The notes below the pieces were generated by a model, which saw nothing but the letters and a program-made list of their open reading frames with translations, was not told the DNA's origin and did not search any database. A stretch of 64,000 nt of DNA from Bacteroidales bacterium UBA1184 (GTDB lineage: Bacteria > Bacteroidota > Bacteroidia > Bacteroidales > ML635J-15), in contig DBYO01000049.1 in the NCBI GenBank assembly GCA_002310235.1, positions 31,215-95,214 on the forward strand. The letters are read 5' to 3'. Of the stretch, positions 1 through 9,144 are shown piece after piece. How positions within the stretch are numbered: position 1 is the stretch's first letter; each line of letters starts with the position of its first letter. Position numbers and translations under genes: made by a program.

Positions 1-389
1 GTTGCTCCGAAAACGAGAATTATGTCGGGATTACCGATGTTTGGTGCACGAGTGATAAAAGAGCGGTCCTTGTAGTCGCGACCGTAATATCCGCTGTAGC
101 TGATTGTTGAACCACTGTACGAGTTGTTGATGTCGAGTTGCAGTCCGTATTCGTCGCAGAGAATCCACCACCATGTTTGTTCTACTTTTTCCACATCGGT
201 GCGGTCGCGCTTGTTTTTAAAGTACCATTGCTCGTTTTCCATCGGCGTCGTGTAGCCTTCGAAGGTGCTGTACGAGTCACCGAGGATTGAGACTGTGGGG
301 AGTTGGGAAAAGGACTCTCCCAGAAATCCCATCAAAAATATAACTATGAATACTATATTTTTGATTAAATTTAATTTCGAATATTTCAT
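1..389 (-). CDS. SGNH/GDSL-family hydrolase, N-terminal part (gene runs off the left edge)
   Basis: Absent from the ORF track because it is truncated. My translation of the minus strand from the ATG at 389-387 gives MKYSKLNLIKNIVFIVIFLMGFLGESFSQLPTVSILGDSYSTFEGY..., a signal peptide followed by the GDS block I motif of SGNH hydrolases. Confidence 0.7.
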   Translation of the reverse strand, partial: MKYSKLNLIKNIVFIVIFLMGFLGESFSQLPTVSILGDSYSTFEGYTTPMENEQWYFKNKRDRTDVEKVEQTWWWILCDEYGLQLDINNSYSGSTISYSGYYGRDYKDRSFITRAPNIGNPDIILVFGA

Positions 390-420
390 TTCACTATTTC
401 TTTTTCGAATCTTTATTAGT

Positions 421-455
421 CCGTGATTACCTTATTACGTATAAGGTAATTACGG
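421..455. repeat. 35-bp near-perfect inverted repeat (15-bp stem, 5-nt loop)
   Basis: CCGTGATTACCTTAT-TACGT-ATAAGGTAATTACGG; 14 of 15 positions are complementary. It lies between the stop of the 467..1204 gene and the start of the SGNH gene. There is no clear U-tract on the minus strand. Confidence 0.8.
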
Positions 456-466
456 TGCTAGACCTA

Positions 467-1204
467 TTATAAACTCCTCGTTCCATTACATTCTGGATAA
501 TCGCTGCAATTCCAAAACTCTTTTCCTGAATTGACACCTTTCTTTGCTACTCGTTTTATCATTGGTTTACCACATTTGGGGCAGGTCGGTGCTCCTGTTT
601 GAACACTTTGTTCAGTCCGATATGCAAGTCGTTCTGCAGTTAGTCCTTCGGTAAAGCCACCTTCTTGCTTGAATTTGTTAATCTGGTTTTCTATTTGCTT
701 GCCAAGCATCATTATCAGACGATTGCACAAAACAATCAAGCAATTTGCTTCGATAATAGAATCTTTTGAGCATAGCCATTTGTCAAATTTGTGTTTTTGT
801 GCCAGTATGTGAATGCCACTCTGATGTTGCACATCGTCTTTGTATGTTGGACGTTCTAAAGAAATGTACGATACTGCATGATGTTCATCGGATTTTACAG
901 ACCATGGTATTTGTTCTTGTAGCAATAGCCAATTTATATAATCGTTAGCCAATTCAGAAAGACTTGCGCGAACCACATCGGTAAGTCGCATTTCTGTTTC
1001 CTTGGAAGTGGAGTGTCGAGAATTTCCTTCGGCAATATTTGCTGACACCGAGCGTGCGGCCTGTGTCATCTGGTCGTATTGGCGACCGCAAGGATCGTTG
1101 ATTTTATTAAGGTTGCGTAGGCAGAAATCTTGCGTAGCAAGTTGTATGATATTTGCCAGCACCCACGAGTCCAACCAGTAATATCCGAAATTATTTAATT
1201 GCAT
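467..1204 (-). CDS. Four-helix-bundle (23S rRNA intervening-sequence / Avd-like family) protein with a C-terminal extension and a topoisomerase-type C4 zinc ribbon
   Basis: The N-terminus (WVLANIIQLATQDF...QMTQAARSVSANIAEGNSRHS..ETEMRLTDVVRASLSEL) matches the four-helix-bundle family pattern. The C-terminus CPKCGKPMIKRVAKKGVNSGKEFWNCSDYPECNGT is the CxxC...CxxxxxC zinc ribbon seen in topoisomerase I C-termini. Confidence 0.7.
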   Translation of the reverse strand: MQLNNFGYYWLDSWVLANIIQLATQDFCLRNLNKINDPCGRQYDQMTQAARSVSANIAEGNSRHSTSKETEMRLTDVVRASLSELANDYINWLLLQEQIPWSVKSDEHHAVSYISLERPTYKDDVQHQSGIHILAQKHKFDKWLCSKDSIIEANCLIVLCNRLIMMLGKQIENQINKFKQEGGFTEGLTAERLAYRTEQSVQTGAPTCPKCGKPMIKRVAKKGVNSGKEFWNCSDYPECNGTRSL

Positions 1205-1226
1205 ATTCTATAACTTTTTATCAAGA

Positions 1227-1703
1227 TTATTTCACCCACTCCTTATACGGCTTTTTGCAAAGCTGCGAGTTGTTGTATTTTTTGTCGCCTGTGACTTCCT
1301 TGTCAATCCATTCTGGAAGAGAGAACTTCGTATCTTCGGTCGGGACTTCGATTTCGGCAACGACAAGTCCTGCATTTTCGCCCAGGAACTCATCGACTTC
1401 CCATTTCAAACCTTGTTCGGTGGCAGGAACAACATAGCGGTACTTTTCGATTTGTGGTTTGTCGCACATGGTGTCGAGCATCTGGCGGGCTTCGGAGACT
1501 GGAATTTCGTACTCAAATTCGTTGCGACTCATACCTACGGTTTTGTCCTTGAGTGTTACGAATCCCTTTTCACCTGCAATGCGCACTCTTACCGTCATTC
1601 CGTTTTGTGTGGGAATGTAGCCCTGCCTGTATAGTGTAGGAGTGGCTAGCGTCTTGTATTTGTCGCTTTTGACGGTAAATTTATGTTCTATTTCCTTCGC
1701 CAT
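1227..1703 (-). CDS. CYTH-domain protein (triphosphate tunnel metalloenzyme family)
   Basis: The N-terminal EIEHKFTV matches the ExExK signature. It is 158 aa, with alternating charged beta-strand motifs (RVRIAGEKGFVTLK, KWEVDEFLGENAGLVVAEIEV). Confidence 0.8.
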   Translation of the reverse strand: MAKEIEHKFTVKSDKYKTLATPTLYRQGYIPTQNGMTVRVRIAGEKGFVTLKDKTVGMSRNEFEYEIPVSEARQMLDTMCDKPQIEKYRYVVPATEQGLKWEVDEFLGENAGLVVAEIEVPTEDTKFSLPEWIDKEVTGDKKYNNSQLCKKPYKEWVK

Positions 1704-1706
1704 ATC

Positions 1707-1734
1707 ATAAAAATACCCGCCATTTAGACGGGTA
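1707..1734 (-). terminator. Possible weak intrinsic terminator after ffh
   Basis: Minus-strand hairpin TACCCG-N9-CGGGTA followed by TTTTTA. The stem is short (6 bp) and it abuts the CYTH start codon. Confidence 0.4.
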
Positions 1735-1754
1735 CATATTGTTATTTAATCCTA

Positions 1755-3068
1755 TTATCTTCTTCCGAAACGTTTTCCCTTGTTGGTGTACATTGTGTGC
1801 ATAACCTTCTTTGTATCTTCGAATTGCTTCAGTATTCTGTTAACTTCGGCAACGCTTGTTCCGCTACCATCGGCTATTCTCTTGCGGCGGCTTCCGTTTA
1901 TGATTTCAGGATTCTCTCGCTCTGCAGGTGTCATTGAGTGGATTATAGCCTCTATGCTCTTGAATGCGTTGTCATCGATGTCGATGTCCTTGATTGCCTT
2001 GCCAAGTCCAGGAATCATGCTTGCAAGTTCTTTGATGTTACCCATCTTCTTGATTTGTTGAATCTGAGCAAGGAAATCGTTGAAGTTGAAGGTGTTCTTT
2101 GCAATTTTCTTCTGCAATTTGCGTGATTCCTCCTCGTCGAACTGCTCTTGTGCGCGTTCAACGAGTGAGCGGATATCACCCATGCCGAGTATTCTGTCGG
2201 CCATACGCTGCGGGTGGAAAACATCAATAGCATCCATCTTTTCGCCTGTACCAACGAACTTAATCGGCTTGTTTACCACGCTACGTATGGAAATTGCCGC
2301 ACCACCACGTGTGTCACCATCAAGTTTGGTTAAAATTACACCATCGAAGTCGAGACGGTCGTTGAATTCCTTTGCAGTATTTACGGCGTCCTGACCTGTC
2401 ATTGAGTCAACGACGAACAATATTTCCTGCGGGTTGATTGCCTTCTTGATGTTTTCGATTTCGTTCATCATTTCTTCGTCAACAGCCAAACGACCAGCGG
2501 TATCGACGATTACAACATCGTATCCGTAAGTCTTGGCGTGCTTGATACCATTCTGGGCAATCTGCACGGGATTCTTGTTGCCGTCTTCGCTGTAAACGGG
2601 AACATTTATCTGTTCGCCAAGCACCTTTATCTGCTCGATAGCAGCAGGACGATAAACGTCGCAGGCAACGAGCAATGGCTTCTTGCTGCGCTTGGTCTTA
2701 AGCATATTGGCTAACTTACCGCTGAAGGTTGTCTTACCAGAACCTTGCAGACCAGACATAAGTATTATTGCGGGATTGCCCTTCGTGTTTATATCAACGG
2801 CGGTTTCTCCCATGAGCTTGGCAAGTTCGTCGTGTGCAATCTTAACCATGAGCTGGCTAGGCTTGATAGACTTGATGACATTCTGTCCCATTGCAACTTC
2901 CTTTACAGTCTCTGTGAACTGCTTGGCTGTCTTGTAGTTGACGTCGGCATCAAGCAATGCCTTGCGGACATCCTTCAATGTTTCAGCAACATTTATTTCG
3001 GTAATTTTACCTTCGCCCTTAAGTATTTTGAACGATCTCTCTAATCTTTCCGATAAACTTTCAAACAT
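1755..3068 (-). CDS. ffh: Signal recognition particle protein Ffh
   Basis: 437 aa with GTPase motifs GLQGSGKTT, DTAGR and TKLDGD, plus a Met-rich C-terminal M domain. Confidence 0.97.
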   Translation of the reverse strand: MFESLSERLERSFKILKGEGKITEINVAETLKDVRKALLDADVNYKTAKQFTETVKEVAMGQNVIKSIKPSQLMVKIAHDELAKLMGETAVDINTKGNPAIILMSGLQGSGKTTFSGKLANMLKTKRSKKPLLVACDVYRPAAIEQIKVLGEQINVPVYSEDGNKNPVQIAQNGIKHAKTYGYDVVIVDTAGRLAVDEEMMNEIENIKKAINPQEILFVVDSMTGQDAVNTAKEFNDRLDFDGVILTKLDGDTRGGAAISIRSVVNKPIKFVGTGEKMDAIDVFHPQRMADRILGMGDIRSLVERAQEQFDEEESRKLQKKIAKNTFNFNDFLAQIQQIKKMGNIKELASMIPGLGKAIKDIDIDDNAFKSIEAIIHSMTPAERENPEIINGSRRKRIADGSGTSVAEVNRILKQFEDTKKVMHTMYTNKGKRFGRR

Positions 3069-3105
3069 ACTGTTATTTCGTTAATTCAGATAATCAAAAA
3101 AAAAG

Positions 3106-3178
<73 letters not shown>

Positions 3179-3197
3179 ACTTAATAATTAAGTGGTA

Positions 3198-3205
3198 CAA
3201 AAGTA
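3198..3205 (-). promoter_or_regulatory. Candidate Bacteroidota -7 promoter box (TACTTTTG) for tRNA-Thr
   Basis: Matches the TAnnTTTG consensus about 20 nt upstream of the tRNA 5' end. Confidence 0.35.
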
Positions 3206-3264
3206 TATCTTTTTTTCGGAACGCAAAAAAAAAATTTGACTTTGCCGTAAAATCAGCAACACGA

Positions 3265-3879
3265 TTAATTAACCGCAGGTGTTGGCACGTTTGCAATAAT
3301 TACATATATGTTATTTACAAACATATTTATGGCGATTGCTAAGAGTATCACACCGAAGAATTTGCGGATGATGAAAATAAGGTTCGCACCTAGCCAGTCT
3401 TTTACTTTATCGAGTAGTCGGATAACAAAGTAGTCGAGTATAAGGTTGAGTAACAGACCAATAAGTATGTTGAGTACTGCATATTCGGCACGTAGCGACA
3501 ACAAGGCAGTAAGTGCACCCGGACCTGCAATAAGGGGGAAAGCCACAGGTACTATACTTGCTCCACTTCCAATATTTTCGTTTTTGATGATTTCACGACC
3601 GAGTATCATCTCCACTGCCAGTACAAATAGTACCAGCGAACCAGCTACTGCAAACGATGCAGTGTCGATGCCAAAAAGTTTGAACAAAGCGTCGCCGGCA
3701 AAAAAGAATAGCAAAAACAACCCCAGAGCCATAAGGCACGCAGGTAAAGCTTTTATTGGCTGGTTCTTTTCTTTTAAGCTCAGAAAAATAGGAATAGAGC
3801 CTAAAATGTCGATGATTGCGAACATCACAATGAACGAACTGAGTACCTCGATGATGTTAAATTGTCCGAAAAATTCCAT
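3265..3879 (-). CDS. MarC-family (UPF0056) integral membrane protein
   Basis: 204 aa, multi-pass. The N-terminus FIVMFAIIDILGSIPIFLSL and the PLIAGPGA motif are typical of the MarC family. Confidence 0.85.
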   Translation of the reverse strand: MEFFGQFNIIEVLSSFIVMFAIIDILGSIPIFLSLKEKNQPIKALPACLMALGLFLLFFFAGDALFKLFGIDTASFAVAGSLVLFVLAVEMILGREIIKNENIGSGASIVPVAFPLIAGPGALTALLSLRAEYAVLNILIGLLLNLILDYFVIRLLDKVKDWLGANLIFIIRKFFGVILLAIAINMFVNNIYVIIANVPTPAVN

Positions 3880-3900
3880 ATTTGCTATATTTTTATTGTT

Positions 3901-4182
3901 TTACCGCTTCAATTCACGGCGATTCTTGCCGATATACATAAAATATAATGCCAAATCGAATGACACCAAAACTGCGTTAAAGACATAGAGCCATATTACG
4001 ACATCGTTGCTGTACAACGACTTATGAATAATTCCAAAAATGTATCCTAATATAATAAGGGACATAAAAAGCGGACTTTTTCCAATTACTACTTTAGTGC
4101 GTAATGATTTTGCGATTGAAACTGGCCAGCTCACCGCAAAGCAGAGCAGAAAAAGTACTTCCCAAATGCTAAAATTTGCCAT
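3901..4182 (-). CDS. Small 3-TM membrane protein, PQ-loop/SemiSWEET-like (tentative)
   Basis: 93 aa with three hydrophobic helices. TM1 ends in SWPVSIAKSLRTK, which resembles the PQ-loop motif followed by basic residues. Confidence 0.5.
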   Translation of the reverse strand: MANFSIWEVLFLLCFAVSWPVSIAKSLRTKVVIGKSPLFMSLIILGYIFGIIHKSLYSNDVVIWLYVFNAVLVSFDLALYFMYIGKNRRELKR

Positions 4183-4198
4183 AACTTTATTCTTTTAC

Positions 4199-5521
4199 TT
4201 AAATTACATTGTTTCTACATATATAATGATAATGAGGACCGAAACGCTTGAATGCTGCTTCTTCGAGTTCCTCTTGATATTTAGGATTGGCGATTGAAAT
4301 TATTAGTTTCGCCCTTTCCTGCAGCGACTTTCCATATAGGTTTACAGCTCCGTATTCGGTTATGAACCAATGAATATGGTTTCTTGTCGTTACTGCTCCC
4401 GATCCAAGGTCAAGAGCAGGTACAATTTTGTTGATTCCCCGTTTTGTTGTCGATGGCATGGCGATGATTGCTTTGCCGCCTTTGGCACGTGTAGAACCGT
4501 AAACGAAATCGATTTGTCCGCCTACGCCTGAATAAATCTTGTCGCCAAGCGAGTCTGCGCATACCTGACCCGACAAGTCAACCTGAATGGCCGAGTTTAT
4601 CGAAGTCATTTTGGGTTGCTGCGCTATTATGAACGGGTCGTTGGTGTATTCCACATCTTTCATCAGAACCATTGGGTTGCTGTCGATGAAATTGTATATT
4701 TTCTGTGAGCCCATTACGAATGTAGAAACAATCTTGCCCTTGTCAAGACGCTTTTTTGCTCCTGTAATTATGCCTTTTTTTATCAAAGGCAGTATTCCAT
4801 CAGAAAACATTTCTGTATGAATACCAATGTCCTTGTGGTTGCCAAGGCACGAAAGTATTGCGTTCGGAATGGAACCTATACCCATTTGCAGGCAGGCGCC
4901 GTCTTCGATAAGTTCGGCACAATAGCGGCCGATGGTACGTTCAATTTCCGTTGGTTTCGCAAAATCGACGGTTAGCAACGGGCTATCGTCCTCTACTATA
5001 TAGTCGATATTGCTTATGTGTATCAGCGAATCGCCAAGCGAGCGGGGAACATTCTTGTTTACAACTGCTATGGTAAATTCGGCGCATTCCATGGCAGCAA
5101 GAGTCGCATCGACAGAAGTGCCAAGCGATACGTATCCGAACTTGTCTGGTGGACAAACCTGAATCATTGCCACGTTGCACTTTATGTAGCGTTCGCGATA
5201 AAGTTTAGATGTTTCGCCGAGGAATACTGGAATGTAGTCGGCAAGTCCTTTTTGCACGCTTTCCCTTACGTTTGCTCCCACAAAAAATGCATTGTGCTGG
5301 AAAATCCCTTCAAATTCTGGATTTACATATGGTGCTGCACCTTCGGTATGTAGATGGTGGATATATACGTTTTTCAGTTCTCCGTTGCGACCTCTGTCGC
5401 ACATTGCCTTTATCAAGCATTGTGGAACATTTGATACTGAACTAATGTGAACGTGGTCCCCCGATTTTATTACCTTTACGGCTTCTTCCGCTGTCACTGC
5501 ACTATAACTTTTCTTCTTCAT
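4199..5521 (-). CDS. Acetyl-CoA hydrolase/transferase-family CoA-transferase (4-hydroxybutyrate / butyryl-CoA:acetate CoA-transferase-like)
   Basis: 440 aa. Its length and motifs (SGDHVHISSVSNVPQ, GGQIDFVYG, GKAIIAMPSTT) are typical of the family. Confidence 0.85.
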   Translation of the reverse strand: MKKKSYSAVTAEEAVKVIKSGDHVHISSVSNVPQCLIKAMCDRGRNGELKNVYIHHLHTEGAAPYVNPEFEGIFQHNAFFVGANVRESVQKGLADYIPVFLGETSKLYRERYIKCNVAMIQVCPPDKFGYVSLGTSVDATLAAMECAEFTIAVVNKNVPRSLGDSLIHISNIDYIVEDDSPLLTVDFAKPTEIERTIGRYCAELIEDGACLQMGIGSIPNAILSCLGNHKDIGIHTEMFSDGILPLIKKGIITGAKKRLDKGKIVSTFVMGSQKIYNFIDSNPMVLMKDVEYTNDPFIIAQQPKMTSINSAIQVDLSGQVCADSLGDKIYSGVGGQIDFVYGSTRAKGGKAIIAMPSTTKRGINKIVPALDLGSGAVTTRNHIHWFITEYGAVNLYGKSLQERAKLIISIANPKYQEELEEAAFKRFGPHYHYICRNNVI

Positions 5522-5624
5522 TAGAACATAAATTTAATCATACATAATATTTGCAGCGGCCGGAATACAGCACATTAATGGTTTCTATACTTTTATCACC
5601 ACGCCCTTAATCCCGAAGGCTGCG

Positions 5625-5790
5625 ATTATGGAAAACAGGCAGGTCTTCTGGCTCGTTCAAGCTTAACGCGTCTTCCCGGACAATGCCAGTGACTTGGTGC
5701 GAAAAGCCGTTTCCTGAACTTACAGCTACGGGTATAGCTCTTGATTTTCACAAGATTCCCTATTAATTCCTTGGAAACCTGAATCCGTCG
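5625..5790 (-). promoter_or_regulatory. Cobalamin (B12) riboswitch in the 5' leader of the CoA-transferase gene
   Basis: The minus strand carries AATAGGGAATCTTGTGAAAATCAAGAGCTATACCCGTAGCTGTAAG, then GTCACTGG..CCGGGAAGAC, then the B12 box AGCCAGAAGACCTGCC (plus-strand 5638-5653). These match the conserved core of the Rfam cobalamin family (RF00174). Confidence 0.85.
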
Positions 5791-5798
5791 CAAAAGTA
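5791..5798 (-). promoter_or_regulatory. Candidate -7 promoter box (TACTTTTG) driving the riboswitch leader
   Basis: TAnnTTTG match immediately upstream of the riboswitch 5' end. Confidence 0.4.
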
Positions 5799-5858
5799 GT
5801 GTATATTTTTTGTTTTTTATGCAAAAAAATGCTGTTTTGTTTTTGTTTTGGTTTTTGC

Positions 5859-5866
5859 TAACTTTG
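5859..5866 (+). promoter_or_regulatory. Candidate -7 promoter box (TAACTTTG) for dapB
   Basis: TAnnTTTG match 28 nt upstream of the dapB ATG. Confidence 0.4.
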
Positions 5867-5893
5867 CAACTTTTTACAGCAAAGATTTATATA

Positions 5894-6607
5894 ATGAATA
5901 TTGTTCTAATTGGATACGGAAAGATGGGTAAGGAGATTGAGCGCGTGGTGCTTGAACGCGGACACCGTATCTCCGAAATTTTTGACATCGATCGCGACAT
6001 TCGTTCCTGCGGCGATATAGCTTCGCTCGGTGATGTGGCTGTAGAGTTTTCGACGCCTAAGACGGCAGAGCAAAATGTTATGGCCTGTGTGAAAGGCGGT
6101 CTGCGCGTGGTGTCGGGTACTACCGGCTGGACTTTCGATGCCGCAGCTATGGACAAGTTGTGCCGCGAAAATTCGTCTGCATTTTTCTATTCGTCAAACT
6201 ATAGCATCGGAATGAACATCTTTATGGCGGTCAACCGTATGCTGGCACAGAAACTTGCTGTTTATCCGCAGTATTCGGCTCGAATCGAAGAAACTCATCA
6301 CATCCACAAACTTGACAAACCTAGCGGTACCGCCATAACGCTTGCCAAAGGCATTATTGAAAACAATTCGCGTTATTCGGATTGGAAACTTGAAGAGGGT
6401 GCGGACAATATTCTCGAAATAAAATCGTTTAGGGAAGGTGAGGTTTTTGGCGACCATAGTGTGCTGTGGTCTAGCGATTTCGACGATATCACAATCACGC
6501 ATTCTGCAAAAAGCCGTCGCGGATTGGCAAATGGCGCAGTTCTTGCTGCAGAATTCCTTGCGGGAAAATGTGGTATGTTTACAATGAATGATTTACTTGG
6601 ATTATAA
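5894..6607 (+). CDS. dapB: 4-hydroxy-tetrahydrodipicolinate reductase
   Basis: The track ORF starts at TTG 5810. I re-anchored to ATG 5894 ([16 protein letters not shown], a Rossmann GxGxxG). It also has the [16 protein letters not shown] signature. Confidence 0.9.
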   Translation: MNIVLIGYGKMGKEIERVVLERGHRISEIFDIDRDIRSCGDIASLGDVAVEFSTPKTAEQNVMACVKGGLRVVSGTTGWTFDAAAMDKLCRENSSAFFYSSNYSIGMNIFMAVNRMLAQKLAVYPQYSARIEETHHIHKLDKPSGTAITLAKGIIENNSRYSDWKLEEGADNILEIKSFREGEVFGDHSVLWSSDFDDITITHSAKSRRGLANGAVLAAEFLAGKCGMFTMNDLLGL

Positions 6608-6611
6608 GAAT

Positions 6612-8315
6612 ATGTTCGGAAATAAAAAAAATACAGAAAATGTGGCTGTCAATAAGCCAAACAATGAGCTGAAAAAGGGTTGGACTATAAAAATCGGCAA
6701 ATGTGAAAAGTTCATTGAGATGCCTTCGCGTCGCAACTGGATATGGTTTGCAGCGTGGACAATCTTCTACATCGGCTGGGTAATTTGGCTCGGAAACTAT
6801 TGGTTCTTGCTCGGCGAACTGCTGATAATCGATATTTACATCACAAAGTTTGTACGTTGGGCCTTCTGGAAACCGAGGAATCCCGAAAACTGCTCGAAGG
6901 CAAAACGCAAGACTCTAGAATGGGTTGATGCCCTCATATTTGCTGTGATTGCAGCATCGTTTATTAGGATTTTCTTCTTCGAGGCGTTTACTATTCCGAC
7001 ATCGTCGATGGAAAAAACCTTGCAAGTGGGTGATTATCTTTTTGTCAGCAAGACAGCGTATGGTCCACGTGTACCTATGACTCCGATTTCGTTCCCATTT
7101 GTTCACCATACGCTTCCGTTCACGCAGAATACGCCATCGTATGTTACTTGGATACAAAACGAATACCGTCGATTGGTGGGGTGGGGCGATATTAAGCGTG
7201 ACGATATGGTGGTTTTTAACTATCCTACAGGCGATACTGTGGTTTTACAGATTCCTGCCCAGGATTACTACGACATTGTTAGGATAACGCAGTTCCGCAT
7301 GGCAGATTTCGATTTGCAGTATTCGACGATGATGAACAAAAAAATCCTAGTTGGAAACGTATCGCAGAAAACAAACGACTATTATGTGAATCTGGCATAT
7401 TCACTGTTCAATCCTATGGTAAATCCTGCACATACCAACTCTTTTATTAACGAGGCATCGACTAAGTTGCGCGAGAACGAGACTAAGCTTGCAAAGGAGA
7501 ATCCTGCAATTTCCGATATGGACAAATATTTCCGTCTTGCCCGCCAGATAGTGTGGGATATGTACGATATTACCGTACGTCCTGTGGATAAGCGCGAAAA
7601 CTATATCAAACGTTGTGTGGCTATCGCTGGTGATACGTTGGAAGTGCGTGATGGCGAAGTTTTTGTAAACGGAAAACCGCAGAAAGAAATTCCTACAAAG
7701 CAGTTCAACTATCGTCTTGTAATAAATACGGCAAGTATTTCCGAGAAAGTATTACGTCAGAATGAGATAAACGGTTCCGATGTTTACGATTTACGCACAG
7801 ATAGCATAACATATAAAGTGCTTCCACTTACTGCCGAGAATTACGAGAAATTCAAAAATATGTCGTTTGTGCAGTCTATTACCAAGAATACAGTTGCAAA
7901 AGGCTTTACTGGAGATGATAGTTTCCGTATTTTCCCACATAACGATAAATTTCCATGGAATGTCGATTGGTTTGGTCCTCTGTACATACCGAAGGCTGGC
8001 GACAAGATTAAACTTACCGAGGAAAACCTTATCCTTTATGGTCGCGTAATAGGTTACTATGAGGGGAATACGCTTGAAGTTAAGGATGGCAAGGCTTATA
8101 TAAACGGTCAGCCTGCTACCGAATACACTTTTAAAATGAACTATTATTGGATGATGGGAGACAATCGCCACAATTCAGCCGACTCTCGCTATTGGGGTTT
8201 TGTGCCCGAAGACCACATAGTGGGCAAGGCATGGCTCATTTGGCTGTCTATGGATAAGGAATATGGCGGAATACGTTGGAGCAGAATAGGAAAGATTGTT
8301 CATAATGAAGACTAA
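6612..8315 (+). CDS. lepB: Signal peptidase I (long Bacteroidota type)
   Basis: S26 boxes are present: TSSMEKTL (nucleophile Ser), [11 protein letters not shown] (general-base Lys) and [17 protein letters not shown]. An alternative in-frame ATG at 6588 overlaps the dapB end. Confidence 0.9.
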   Translation: MFGNKKNTENVAVNKPNNELKKGWTIKIGKCEKFIEMPSRRNWIWFAAWTIFYIGWVIWLGNYWFLLGELLIIDIYITKFVRWAFWKPRNPENCSKAKRKTLEWVDALIFAVIAASFIRIFFFEAFTIPTSSMEKTLQVGDYLFVSKTAYGPRVPMTPISFPFVHHTLPFTQNTPSYVTWIQNEYRRLVGWGDIKRDDMVVFNYPTGDTVVLQIPAQDYYDIVRITQFRMADFDLQYSTMMNKKILVGNVSQKTNDYYVNLAYSLFNPMVNPAHTNSFINEASTKLRENETKLAKENPAISDMDKYFRLARQIVWDMYDITVRPVDKRENYIKRCVAIAGDTLEVRDGEVFVNGKPQKEIPTKQFNYRLVINTASISEKVLRQNEINGSDVYDLRTDSITYKVLPLTAENYEKFKNMSFVQSITKNTVAKGFTGDDSFRIFPHNDKFPWNVDWFGPLYIPKAGDKIKLTEENLILYGRVIGYYEGNTLEVKDGKAYINGQPATEYTFKMNYYWMMGDNRHNSADSRYWGFVPEDHIVGKAWLIWLSMDKEYGGIRWSRIGKIVHNED

Positions 8316-9144
8316 AAAGATATTGATTGTGGTTTTGCTGCTCGCCATTATTGGTGGCGGCGTGGGCTTTTATATGATGTTCGGATTCAACAGCGTGAAA
8401 GCTTCTGACGGAACTGAGAATGTTGTTTTTGTCCGTAAGACAAGTTCTGTAGAAATTGGCGATGAGGTGGCATATTGGTATCCGCTTGAATTTGATACCA
8501 AATTGTCGTCGCGCGATGTGTATGTGGCGAGAGTTGTCGGCGTTCCTGGAGATATAATTCTTATTGACGATGGAGTTTTGCATAGGAACAACAAACCAGT
8601 TGCAGAAGATTATACAACTTATAGCAGATACCGTGCTTCGGTCGATTCGGTAAAAGTGGACTTTGATGCAATACTATCCAAGTACGATGTACGTATTGGC
8701 GAGGTGCTTAACGGAGGTAAGGCATGCGAGTTCGTATGTTCCGAAACTGAATTTGAAAAGATTAAGTCGTCTGAGAAAGTATTCTCGTCATGTCGTAAAA
8801 TAATCGACCGCGACGATTGGAAAGATGTTGATATCTTTCCATCAAGCGCATTTTTTGCATGGAATAAGGACAATTTTGGACCAATGTACCTGCCCAAACA
8901 AGGTGACACATTGAATCTTCATCCGCGAATTGCACCGATATACAAAAATATAATAACTCTTTTCGAGGGCAACGATTTTCAATCGGATACTTATCATGTT
9001 AGAATAAACCAGCAGGATGTCAACGAGTTTGTGCCTCAGAAAAATTACTATTTCATTCTCAACGATGACCGTACTGATAAGCGCGACTCGCGTATGTATG
9101 GTCCGATTCCGGAAGAATATATTATAGGAAAGGTTGTTTGGTAG
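8305..9144 (+). CDS. S26 signal-peptidase-like paralog lacking the catalytic Lys
   Basis: It has an N-terminal TM helix and aligns by eye to lepB. It reads [11 protein letters not shown] where lepB has [11 protein letters not shown], and [17 protein letters not shown] where lepB has [17 protein letters not shown]. The Ser box is degenerate (KASDGTEN). Confidence 0.75.
   Translation: MKTKKILIVVLLLAIIGGGVGFYMMFGFNSVKASDGTENVVFVRKTSSVEIGDEVAYWYPLEFDTKLSSRDVYVARVVGVPGDIILIDDGVLHRNNKPVAEDYTTYSRYRASVDSVKVDFDAILSKYDVRIGEVLNGGKACEFVCSETEFEKIKSSEKVFSSCRKIIDRDDWKDVDIFPSSAFFAWNKDNFGPMYLPKQGDTLNLHPRIAPIYKNIITLFEGNDFQSDTYHVRINQQDVNEFVPQKNYYFILNDDRTDKRDSRMYGPIPEEYIIGKVVW

Noticed and set aside
467-1204. 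A diversity-generating retroelement, suggested by the Avd-like four-helix bundle.
   Set aside because: There is no reverse transcriptase gene and no template/variable repeat pair anywhere in the window. Stand-alone bundle genes are common.
5810-5893. N-terminal extensions in the ORF track. Examples are dapB from 5810, ispG from 13640, pepP from 12187, dapF from 15234, dcp from 28120, adhesin B from 28783, prmA from 43523, rnhB from 58465 and the ROK gene from 10892.
   Set aside because: The extensions start at TTG, GTG or upstream ATG codons, overlap neighbouring genes or promoter boxes, and precede an internal ATG that yields the canonical N-terminus or signal peptide. I re-anchored the starts accordingly.
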